Assembly (NCBI RefSeq): GCF_022539665.2
Contig: NC_081331.1
Location: forward strand, 1,550,001 to 1,614,000
DNA length: 64,000 nucleotides
Source of the DNA: Daphnia carinata
Lineage: Eukaryota
Direction of reading: 5' to 3'
The notes beneath the pieces are model-generated. The model made no database searches and had not been told where the DNA came from. It was given only the letters and a program-made list of their open reading frames with translations. Both the position numbers and the translations under genes were made by a program. This document shows, in pieces, positions 12,400-24,724 of this stretch (position 1 is the stretch's first letter; every line of letters starts with the position of its first letter).

Positions 12400-13350
12400 T
12401 AATTTTATTGAAATCAACCTTTAATTTTGAGTATAACGTGTAATTTATTACAAAATTCCAAGTGGTATATTTTTTTGTAAAATTGTTGGGCTCGAAATAA
12501 GCCCGACAAAATAAGCCCGATTTTTTCTCCAATTTTGCACTTTCCCATAATCCTCCATTTAGCAGTGATCAAATGTGCTGTAAATTTGAAAACAATGAGA
12601 ATTACGATAATATTCTTCTTATTTTTCATGAGATTAAATATTTATGAAATATATAGGAAAACGGTAGCAAAAGGCTGGCCCGCTAGTACGGTATAGCGCA
12701 GTCGTATTGCAGCGGAATATTCGATATCTTTAAGAAATTATTGCTTTGACAAGAAAAAGAATAAATTAACTTAAATTAGAGTTTAATTTTATGCATAAAG
12801 GTGTAATTTATCATATACTTCCAAGTGCTACATTTTTTTCGTTAAATTGTAAGTATTAAAAATAAGCCCGACAAAAAAATAAGCCCGACTTTTCCATAAA
12901 TTTTGCATTTTTCCAAAGTCTTCAATATAGCAATGAATAGATGTGCTTTACATTATAAATCAACGAAAATCACGACATTTGACTTCATATATTACACGAG
13001 ATTAGATATTTTCTGAAATTAAGGGGAGACGGTATCAAAGGCTGGCGCGCTAGTACGGTACACCGCAATCGTGTTACAACACAATATTCAATATCTTTAA
13101 GAAATCGTTAATTTGACGAGAAAAAGAATATTTCTACTCAAATCAGCGTTTAATTTTGAGCATAAAGGTGTAATTTATCATAGAATTCCAAGTGGTACAT
13201 TTTTTCGTCAAATTGTTGGTCTTAAAAATAAGCCCGACTTTTCCACGAATTTTGTATTTTTCCAAAGTCTTCAATTTAGCACCAAAAAGGTGTGCTTTAC
13301 ATTCGAAATTAACGAAAATCACGGAAATAGACCTCATATATTTCATGAGG
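12400..13350. repeat. Degenerate tandem repeat, ~365-bp unit, about 2.6 copies
   Basis: Anchors recur with ~362-367 bp period: gtgtaattta...ttccaagtg...aataagcccgac near 12440/12800/13170, and cgctagtacggta near 12682/13048. Confidence 0.85.
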
Positions 13351-16300
13351 TAAACGCTTTACTAAAATATTGTACCACTGATCAGTTTTTTTGAATCATC
13401 TCACTAGACAATATCCCTTGCGGAAAATAACAAAGGAGAGGACACGACAACCCATTCTGTTTGTTTTCGTTGTTTCAAAAAGAAATAAAAAGTAAATAAA
13501 TAGTCCGGCTCACGAAGCAAGAGTTAAAGGGGACATTACATGAGTTGATCGAGAACTTCACACATAGCACCTTATAAGTTGGTACAAAAAATTAAAGTAA
13601 ATATATATATACTAATATACATGTTTGCAAAGCACGGTAATGTATGGCTGTTGTGCTTATATTATGAACATACTATACCAAGATATGACATAGCCATATC
13701 TATGTATATTTTTTCTCCCTTTTTTTTTTTTTTTGTTAGTTAATAGGAAAAAAGGGCGACGAGGGTCCGGATAAAAAAACAAATATTTGCTTAAGGTTTT
13801 CTCGAGTAGATGTTGAACCGCTGGAACGAGAGATGTGAGCAGTGAACATATACCAGTCAGACGGGCTGAGAAAAACACATTTTCATTTTGGAGATTGTTT
13901 GGGGTCATCGGATCCGCTGATGGGGAACATCACAACAGAAACAGAGTCGTCTCATTCCTGTTGGCCGTGCCAGTGCTGGCACACGTGTCAACACACACAA
14001 GAAATAACATAGTTGAACACAGGGTCCCCCGTGATCGCTATTGTGTACTATACAAGTCTATTGCCTTGCATAATGATGTCTTTAGATTCCTCGAACATTC
14101 ATTTCGATTTTGATGGGAGACCAGCCTAGCAATAGTTATTCAAATCCTCCATCCTCAGCTTTACATACACCTAACACAGCGAAAGAAAAATATCAAACCC
14201 GCTCATCACGAAGTAGCTGTCAATCATTACCTCAGCTATTTGATAGTCAAACAGCCCAACCAAGAGAAAAAAAAAAAGAGAAAATCTTCAAAGGAATCTT
14301 GCTAGGGGTAATATAGTGATGGTAAAAGGAAAAAAAAAAGAGATTTCATTATCTTCTCATGAATCGTCGATCGCGTGATTGAAGCACGAGCAGCTCTAAG
14401 AGGGGAAAACGTATAGGGGCCAGGCCAACTTTTCTGGCGGCTCCGGCTCTCTTGTTGTTGGTTACCGGCCTCGGAGGTTACAGTGTATGTACATATACCC
14501 ATATTTTTTATTTTTTTTTTTGTTCCCTATTTTTCTTCTTCTCCTTTTTTAAATTGTTGACACTGGATCTGTACGCTGGAACTCCTACTACTACCGTCGA
14601 AGAAAAAAAAATGGTGATTTTCTTTCTTATTCTCAAGCTATGTAGTCCCTGCTGGCCTTCGCATAGGCTATATAACCTTCCCCTCGTACACTTGACTGAC
14701 TTCGCTTACCATGTTTGAAATCTGACAAGCCCTTTCCAGATTTTTTTGAGAGAGGGGGGTTATTTTTTTTTTTAAGGTTTTTTTAGCTGAAGGGGGGGGG
14801 GGAGACTCGATCTCTCATCTATATCCCTCAACGTCTGGAACAGCAGCAGCAGCAGCCAAAAGGTTCCCTCATCTTTTTACACATATATATTTTTTTCTTC
14901 TTCAACACAAGAACGAGAGAAAAAAAAAATAAAAAAGAAGAGACAAACGTGGCGGTGTTCCATAACACAACGACGCCAGACGACAAGCGCTTCGAGGACT
15001 CTATCTCTCGGCGATGCACAGGACAATGGGAAGACATCCATCGCGCGCGTTCAGTCTGTTGATGGATTTTTATTAGCCCGGTTTGAATTTTGATAAGACG
15101 GTTGGTTTTTTTTTTTTTAGAGCATCGTCTCTAATAAGATAACCAGGTTTTTCTTCGAGATGAGAATTATAAAATGACATTTTCTTGGACGAAACACTCT
15201 CTTCCATGGTCCGACAAAGGGTGGGTAAATCTATTTATCATAACCAGACATCTGAATTTTATATCGCCCCAATATAGGACTGATTAGAATAAATTATTCT
15301 TTATTTTTATATGGACATTTCACATTGACCTGTTTTTTTTTCCATTTCTTTTTTTTTCAATTGTAAACAAAATAAGGTCAGCCTTTCGCCACGCATCAGC
15401 GCTTACCTTCCATTTTGCACGAATCATTCGCACTATTTCCATTATCGCAGTCGATTTGGTCGACATAATAAAAAGAAAACGCCAGCGCATTATAATGTGC
15501 ATTGAGGCTCTTTAAAAAAAAAAAGCAGTCCACAATCGTGGACAAGGAAGAATGAGGGTGTGCTGTGAACAACTCTCAGCATATTTCCTACATTATAGTG
15601 GTGGTGTTGTGTTGAATATTTCAAGGGGGGACTTTGGCATTTGTGTTATCTTTTGAAGCATTTTTATCAAGACAAGGGACGAGAGAGACAGCAGCAACAG
15701 AAAGTCAAGTTGTATAGCGCTGGAGCGTGTCGATAGCTTTCACACTCTGTCTTCACTGGGTCTACAATATTCACAGTCGTCCTCCCAAGTTCGACACACC
15801 TTATCAGCAGCCAAGTGTCCGCACACACAGACAAAACACATGGACCATGACTCTTCGCCCTGTCTGTCGAAATCACAATCTGTTTTCAATCCCGCGTCCA
15901 CTTGAAGCGAACAAGTCACAAACAAAACTGTTTCTTTTCTTTTATGGATCGCCCTTTTCAAAAAAGAAATTATAAGCACACAAATCAAACAAGATTTGTT
16001 TTGGAAAGGATAAAAAAAAAAAACAGAACGAGGGCGACCGGGAAGAAAAAAAAACACATCCAAAATACGAGGCAAAATTAGAGGCAACAGTCGTCAATCA
16101 ATATGAACTTTCGAAAGGAATTCGAAAACATGAGAAAAATAGAATGGGGCGGGTCAGAAACCAACGAGCTATCTAACAATTTCAAATATTACTCACGTCC
16201 GTTGAAGCCAAAAGAATTCAAAGAATGAACTGGAAAACGATGATGATGACTAGAACACGGATGGCCGTAAGCTGTGATGTTTTTGCCTCGATCGTGAATA

Positions 16301-17427
16301 ACATAGCGATAAAAAAAATAGAAAGAGATCAGCAAGTGATCGTGTGGGTTTTTATATCTGTGGTTATTTTCTCGTGCTGGCCCCATCGTCCAGTCCCGAC
16401 TGATTTGCCGCAATTGGATTTAAATTGCTACCGTGTGCGTAGGTTGGAACGCCGAGGATGAGATGATGACCGCTCCCGTCATCATTTTTCCTGCCTCTTT
16501 TGCCTTCTCGGGCTCGCCTTTTATTGCCTACGTTTGTAGATATTCCAGCTACAACTGCAATACTATTCTTTAACAGAGAGGTGAATTGTTCAGGAGTTGC
16601 CTATGTTACAAGAAATGCTGTTTATAAATCGAAACCCGCCAGCAGAAAATCAGAGCAAGTGCACAATTCTTCATAGAAAGGTGCTCTTCTTCCTATTATA
16701 CGCCATCATGTGGGTTGTAAGCGAAAAAAGAACACAACGAAAGGCAATTATATTTCGAAATACAAGATGTACGAAAGAAAGAGAAAACTTGGAACTATTT
16801 TTTTTTTCTTATCGTTCCTACCGTCAAGGTATTGTGTGTCTATAAGCTTGGAGGGCACGAGCAAAGCTCCAATTACTCGGCCCCAACTATAGTGCGTGTG
16901 TGTGTTAGTCTTTTGTTATGATATGATGGCGGAGCCTAGTAAAAAAAAAAAAAAAAAAAAAAAGTAAAAGCAAAAAGAAATGTGAAGGCTTATTAGAATA
17001 CGTGTACACCCGCATGGTAATTGGACTCTGCCCTCAGTTGCATAAGCACAAGGCCTATAGCTATACAGCTTGCATACAATAATTAGACCAACAAATATCT
17101 AGAGTTAACCTGCTCCCGCCGTAGTAGGAACTAGTAACATTCTTTCGTCTCTTTTGATAAAAAACAAAAAAAAATTCTTGAAATAGGAAAAGTAGATAGA
17201 ACAAAAAAAGAAGAAAATGTGCATCTATTTCAGAAATCTAGCCTTGCGTTCATTGCCACTTTTTTGTTTCTGCAATCTGTAGCACTGACGCCATTTCCGC
17301 CGATTCGCGTTGCGGAAATGAACTTTGCTGCCGCATCCTACACGAATCAGCGGACTTTGCGCCGACGATGCCCAAAGGATCGGATGCAATTCGCAGGTCA
17401 ATCGAGGGGGAGGAATAACGCGGATCT

Positions 17428-17431
<4 letters not shown>

Positions 17432-17481
<50 letters not shown>
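17432..17481. repeat. (AC)n microsatellite
   Basis: About 25 uninterrupted AC units. Confidence 0.98.
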
Positions 17482-17483
<2 letters not shown>

Positions 17484-20400
17484 AAAAATATCTTTTGTAA
17501 TAGCGTTGCGCTGCACGACTCGGTAATATTTTTTGCTTACCGTTCACGGATTTTTTTTTTTTTTTTCTTCACGTATTTGATCTGGGCACGCAGTGTGTGG
17601 GTAGTACGATGATCGTTCCTGCTGCTTTGTTATAAAAGCCTCGTTCGTGTCTCCCTCTCTTCTGTGTGTAATGATGAGAGAGGAAGAAGGAGGAGGCGTT
17701 TGCCCGCAAGGTCAAACACACACATGCATATTAAACGCGGCCGCGACTTGCAGCAGCGGAATATTTAAAATATCAGGTGCGCCCTCGCGCATAATCAGAG
17801 AGGCACACGGCGCAAAAGACTCTTCTGGTCTGTGTGTATGTGTGTGTGTGTGTGTAGCACGCGTCTAACCTATCTTTTATTTACCTCGTCTTCGTAAGAA
17901 GCTCCTCGTCTTTTTTTCTTTCTTTTGACGTTTCTTGCGTTAGCGCATAGTCTCCCGCTCGTATATATTTGAATAATAATTCAAAGGAAAACTTGTATCA
18001 TACGCTATATTGCTAAGACAACTACCGAAAGAACGGGGAACACAAAAAAAAAAAAAAAAAAAAAAGAAAAGCCTACGCAGCCAGGTAAGAAAACAAACAA
18101 CTGACGAAAAATAAATAGGAGGTCACACACGATAACGATTCAAAAAGAAACAACACAACAACAAAAAAAATCTTTTCTTGAAAACTGATGATGATAGCAA
18201 AGGCTCCACTGACGTCGAAAAGAAAAGAAAAACCAAAAACTCGTAGAGGTAGGAAAAAAAAAAATAAATAAATAAAGAACCGGATGGCTTTTGCTGTTAA
18301 GAGCTCCGTTCGAAGCTTTCCCTTCATAACTTTTCGAAATGAAAAAAATGATTTCAATCAAAGATGGCTCGTGCACGGACCCTGGAGGCCAATCTGATGG
18401 CGGCGGCAAAATGTTGTCTGCCGGGGTCTGCGCGGTAACAACACAGTGCCCTTTTGTGTATCTATTCCCTTTTATGTCGTTCTTTTTTAAACTAAGGGGG
18501 AGGAAAAAAAAAATAAAGGAAAAAGAGAATGAAGAAAATAGAAATTAAAAACAAAAATTGGCCGCAGGTGACGACACACGTGTGCCAACAATATCCAGCG
18601 GAGAAGAAAAACGAAAGGTCAAAATCTCGACGGCTAAATATATATACTTTTCATTTTCTTACCTTTTTTTTTTTTGCCCCTGCGGATGAAAGCATAAAAC
18701 ACCACAGGCAAAACAGCAAAAAAAGGTATGGCGACTTTGAAACTCAATCGAAAATCTTTGCGTTCAAAGGAATAATAGAAGAGTTTTTTTTTTTTTTGTA
18801 ATAAAATGAGTGTCTCCCACGCACGGACAATAAGACGAGAAAAAGAAATAGACAAACGAGCAACTGTTTTCTGCGTCGGTTGTATAAAAATCAAAGTGGC
18901 CAACGTTTTTGATTTCATGGGAAAGAGAAACAGACGTGGAAGACACGGCAGTCGGACATCCCATCGGTCGCGGATATGCTTGTTGACGAAGACGACGTGA
19001 TCTAGTCAATGTGTGTGTCCCCAACATCACAAGCAAAGAAAAACGAATTGAAGAAGCCGTTTCGAATCCAGTTCAATAAATACGAGACGGACCCGAGCCC
19101 GTTGTCTAAAATTTCACAGGGTTGTTCGCATAGCCCTGGACTACTCTTATATTATAGCGTGTAGTGTATTTCTTCTTCTTCTTTTTCTTTTTTACAACTT
19201 AATTGGACCCTCTCGTTTTCCCCTCTCGCCGATCCCCTTGGCGACTCTTCACAGTCTAACAGGGCCGTGTTATGATAGGAGGGAAAAAAAAAAGAACTTT
19301 GTGGACGCAGTTGTACACACAATATGCGTGTAGACATTCAAGTGTGTCCGAGTGGAAAAAAAAGGCCCCCGCGACGGCTGTATAAAAAGGGATCTATTTG
19401 TGTGTACATGTGTGTGTGTGTGTATCGAATGGTTTGCAAGAAATATCCAGTGGGCAACAACATCACACCCGAAATGCCGCCACCGAAAAAAATCGCGGCT
19501 TCTTTTAATTGTCCTAAACCCATCCCTTGAAACGCGTTTCTTATATACCAAAGTTCGGTGACGGTGGATTTCAGAAACAAAAAAAAAGATGTTTGTCGGC
19601 TTTTTCGGTTGTTATTTTCCCCTGTGTCCCGAGTTACCTTTTCTTTTTTTTTGCATGGCTTTCGGCAATTTACAATGCAGACACGGTTTATGCAAAATCG
19701 GATTCATAATCAAATCTGCTACTGTCTTTTTTTGGCAATTCATTTTTTATGTATAATATTGAAATGGGAATTACCTTTCTATCAACGTCCAATGTGTCTC
19801 GAAGTTTGCTAATGTGAATCAAAGCTTAGTCCAAAGGGAAACGTAATTTACAAATCAAATCCAAAAACTTGATCAAAGTGTTTGATATTTTCGTATCGCA
19901 TTCTCGTTTTTTTTTTTTCACATTTTTTACACCACTGATTTTTATGAGACTGCGTTCACACAAGGGTCTTTGATAACAATCGTTTTCGACTACTGTCCAA
20001 CGTTGTCGACTTTCATTTATGACGTTTCCCTTCTAAAACGATTATCGTCCTCAAGCAAAGAAATGTATTATTTTCTTTGAATTCAATCGTGTGTAACAAA
20101 ATGGTATATATTTTTGAATATCCGGTATCGATTAAGAAGAGGTAACAAAACAAAATAGTTTCATACAAAATTTTGTTTTCATGTATTTCTTTGATGCACG
20201 TAGTAACTCGTATCACAGTTGACTGCCAAAAACACAGACGAAAAAAAAAAAAAGGTAAAACTGTGCTTGCATGGAAAACACACAGCACAGGCACAAACGT
20301 TAAGGTCAACGCGCAAAACGGTCTGTACAAATTGATATCGACAGGTGTGCGTCAAGGCTTCATCATACACACAATCAGAGAAAGGCACATAATCAGTAAA

Positions 20401-20745
20401 TTTTTTGTTGTTCCGTGTTACAAAATTTCCTCTTTTTTTTTTTAATTCCGAATTGGCGTCCGCCTTTCGCAGACTCGATATTTGAAAACAAAAAAACTGA
20501 GACGCTCTGTTTTATAAAAAATGTACACATAATCTGTTTTCTTCATTTACATATGATAAAATTGACGTAGAATCGAGGGGGGTCTGCACGCCGACCTGCC
20601 AATCAAAGCGGTTTGATTGGCAGGCGACGGTTCGACAAATAAAAGGCACACGATGATAAAATTCAAATGAAGAAATGGCACATCACGTCAGACGGGTGAA
20701 ATCAAATGTCACAGCGGAAAAAGGGGGGAAATGAGATAACCATTT

Positions 20746-23700
20746 TCACGCCTCCAAGCGGCACTGGGCAGATCCGTCCGTCTGAGCCTGATGGACCCAC
20801 TGTTGCCATTCTTCCAGTCGTGGGGCGCACCAAAGAACCGCGTCACCCAATCGTTTGCGGCCCATAAAAATGAACTCACCGCTGCCGTGTTTCACCTGAC
20901 ACGTCAACGGCACGTGCAGCGTTCCGGTGTGCTCATCGTCCAGCAAACTGTTGTCGATGTCACCGTCCGTTAAATCCTCTTCGACGCCGTCCATTCCCTT
21001 CCATTTGGATGGAATTGGAATGAGGCGTTTAGGCGTCAACGGACTCCGCCTTCTCCGCTTTGGCAATGACGCAGATTTACGATTAACGGGTTGAAAGACG
21101 GACGAGGCCTGCCGGATGACCCGCGTAGCCCGCACCTTGAGCAGCGTCCTCTCTAATTGGGCGTCGTTGTAAACGGACGAGATGAAGCCTCTAGCAACAA
21201 AATCGCTGCTGCAAAACATTTCCAACGACTCTTTGATGCTGCAAGGTCGACATTCTGCAAATGAAACAAGACGAAAAAATGCATTTGTTAATTAAGGTGA
21301 ATACGATAACGTGTGAGATTAAAAAATGGGGACAATCACGTGACCATGTCGTGACAACCGAAATGCGTTTCAAAGTCATTGATCGTCACTGTCGTTGGTA
21401 CTGAATTATGATTAAAAAAAAAAAAAAAAAAGAAGACTACTGTACCTTGCCAAGGATCGTGTGACTGGTCGTTTTCCTCTTCGACCAGTTGGAGATCGTA
21501 ATCGAACGCGGCCGTTTCCCGTCGCAGAGGATCAGACCCACCGACTGGTGACTCGGATTCGAGAAACAGGGCCACCTGACCCGAGTGACTGTCGAAACAG
21601 TGGCGTTTGCCATCCGGCCGCAGCATGGCCGACGACGATCCGCTGTGCAGCAGTTTCAGCGTCCGGTGCTGTTCGACGTAAATGTTGGCGCCGGCAAAGT
21701 CTGCGGATAATTTCAGACACGCCTGAATTCAAGAGAAAAAGAAAAAATTTATCAATAAAAATTAAATAAAATATTTAAAATAAACAAAACGTGTACACAA
21801 GAACTCGAGTGAGGAAGAAATCGTATGCCCTTTTAAAGGTAAGAAGGACACATCTTATCTTAGCTCTCGACGAGTCTAACTGTTAGATCGAAATCAAGAT
21901 TGATTGAAAAACGGCGCCATTACAAGAACTAAAAAGAAAGAAAGAAAAAAAAAAACAAAAACAAGACACATATGTAGGGTAGAAGAAGAAATTAGAAAAA
22001 TGTCTTGTCTGCCATGTAGTTTGGCATGTTCCCGACGACGACAGAAGAAAAAAGTTTAAAGTTGTTTTTGCCTTTCTTTAGTTTAAAACCAAAACATGTT
22101 GTTTTCTTTTTGGGGGGGATTGGTGACTAGAAAACAGCAAGGAATTTAATTTTTTTCTTTTTTTTTTTTCTTCTGAAATATATTCAAAATTCCTGTAATG
22201 AGAACGTAAAGGAAGAAACAAAAAAAAAGGGTCTATCGCTTTGCCCGCTGGTCGTTTCTTTTTCTTGTGTGGCGAGAACCAACTGGCGTGTATGTGTGTG
22301 TGTGTGTGTATAAAAACTATAAGATGCTACGTGTGCGTAAAAGAGGAGAGAGATTTTTCTTATGTACCTGGAATTCCTTGCCAGCTGTTCCGTAGCGGAG
22401 CACCACCCGCAAGGCACCGCGGGGATAGAGCCAGGAGACGGAGCCTTGGCTGCATCGCAGGTACACTGGTTTGACTCCACGATGTGATTGAGGCTGTTGT
22501 TGTGTCTGATCTTCGCTCGATGGACTCTCCAAACCGCTGTAACAAAAATAAAAAGAGATTTTTTTTTTAGATCTAAAGAAATCATTGCAGCAATACATTT
22601 TTCACATTGCATTTTTTTTTCGTATAGTACGCAATCGTTCACATGTCAATTATGCAATCATTTCTCTCCCCCATTCTCCCCACACACGCCCTTTTTTAGG
22701 GGGTTTGGTATGCTATCGGAAAAAAAAAAAATGAAAACCGGACGTGACTAGACGAGAAAAATATGCTCTTATCGAGAAAGAAAAAAGATGAGTTTGTGTG
22801 AAAAAATATGATTTCAAAAATTGGAAAAATAGGGGGGAAACACGTGCCTTCCTCCAAGTCTACGAATTCTCAACTTAAGCCCACACTAACATTTACACAA
22901 AGCGAAAAAAGGTGAAGACATCATCTTTTTTTTTTGTTTGTGAACAATCTAGGTACAAAAAATGCTAACCCTCGCATGTTGCCCTCTTCTTTTGGGGGAG
23001 AGGAAAAAAAGGGAGGATGACCCGTGCACACTCGAACAAACATAAACGATGAGCGTGAGGTGAAAGAATAGAAGAAGAAAATAAGTCACAAAATCCTTTG
23101 GGGTTAAAAGATGACAAACAAGGCAACTCCCTTCACCAACACGTGTGTGTCTGCCTTAAAATCATCTTCCATAAGAGTTTTTCTGTGTGTGTGTGTGTGT
23201 GTTGAGACCTGATTCGTCATCATCATAAGAATTTTTTTTAAAACTGATATTGTGCCCACCCTTAATGTATCCGTACGAGCCGGAAACGATCGGACGTTCC
23301 GTCTTCAAAAAAGTAGGAGACAAAAGAGCTAATCAACATTCTGTTTAAAGCCGGAAGAAGATGACGGACACGACGGATCGAATTATTCTGTTAATAAATC
23401 ACTATCCGGTTAGAAGAAGCCCTTGCTTCAATTTTAAAGAGAAAAATAACAAAAATCTAGGGGGGGGGAAGGTTGAAACTCTTAAAAACAGGTGAGTTAG
23501 TTATTGCTTCTATGCATTTTCAATGAAGGGGGCAGAAGAGGGGGAAAGTTGAAGAGGGGAGGCAACCCAAGAAGAAGAAAAAAAAACGAGCTGGAAATTC
23601 CACCTACCCAGTGAAATATGATCGAGTTATTCATCAACCCAAAAGAGCCCCCAACCCTCTACTTTATTTTTTTTTTTCAAAAATTGTTATAAGGAGAGGT

Positions 23701-24724
23701 GAAAAGGGGGGCCGTTAAAAAAACCGAGGCGGAGTCTAATCCGCACGGAAGAGAAAAAACACGAAAAGAATATCATCCACCCCTCGACCATCAGACAATA
23801 GAAAAAGGCGAGGTGTATGTTATTATTTCAAAAAAAAAAAAAAATTTCTTTTGGCGCCCGTGTATCAATTTGGAAATCAGGTGCCATTGTAATTGGCGTG
23901 TGTGTATGTGTGTATTGCGGATAAAAAAAAAATCGAAATGGCCGCTATAGATGTCTACTACTCCACCCACTGGCCATTGTGCGCAATCAAGTTTTGAAAT
24001 ACGAGGGGATCAAAACAGATCCATCGATCAAGTTACTCTTCTATCTCGCAACTGGGAATCAAACAAAAAAGATTGTCTGTTTTTGTTTGCGTTTTTTTTT
24101 GGGGGGACACGTCTTTAAAAAAAATGGAAGACATTTTCAACCTACTTTTTTGGGGGATAAAATGAAAGGGGCTCTAGGTTTTTTTAAAAGAAAAGAAGAA
24201 ATTTGACTCTCAGGCTTAGATGTGACCTCTGCGAACACGCCCAAAAACAGAAAAAAATGCCATTAAAAGAAACGAAGAAAGCAAAAAAAAAAAGGTCCTT
24301 TTTTAAGAGGAGGATTAATGACTGGAGAACAGAGTTGGACACGTGTTTGAGACATTTACATATTGTCGAAGCTTGCAACATTTCTAATTACATGCGCACA
24401 AAAAGGGAGAGGAACGAAAAAAGAAAAACCGGTTGACAACAACAAAGGAAAAGTGAAATATTTTAATCGAGGGACGATTGCGAAAGAACGCAAATTAAAT
24501 GAGATAAACACAACCAACCTGCCAGTCCAGTCACATCCATCGGCTGCAGCTTGCGAGGGGCACATAAATAAGGGAAGGATGAAACAGGCAATCAGGGGCA
24601 CCCAAAAAACGCGTAAACTTTTGACGCTAATCCGTCGCGAGAAACGAGGTGATGACCTTTTCTCACGCTGCTCATCGTCGGCATTTGTTTGCCGCCTGTC
24701 CAACAATGTCACAGGGTTCGACAT
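20746..24724 (-). CDS. METRNL: Meteorin-like secreted protein (CUB-like + NTR domains)
   Basis: Exons 24724-24519, 22536-22368, 21722-21446, 21254-20746 in phase. Motifs: DGCDWTGSGL, VYLRCSQGSVSWLYPRGALRV, GANIYVE, VALFLE, ECRPCS...CSSDFVARG, GEFIFMG...LWCAPR. Confidence 0.9.

Noticed and set aside
18999..19008. TGACTAGATC on the minus strand, matching the miR-279 5' end
   Set aside because: Match ends after 10 nt and no precursor hairpin is evident.
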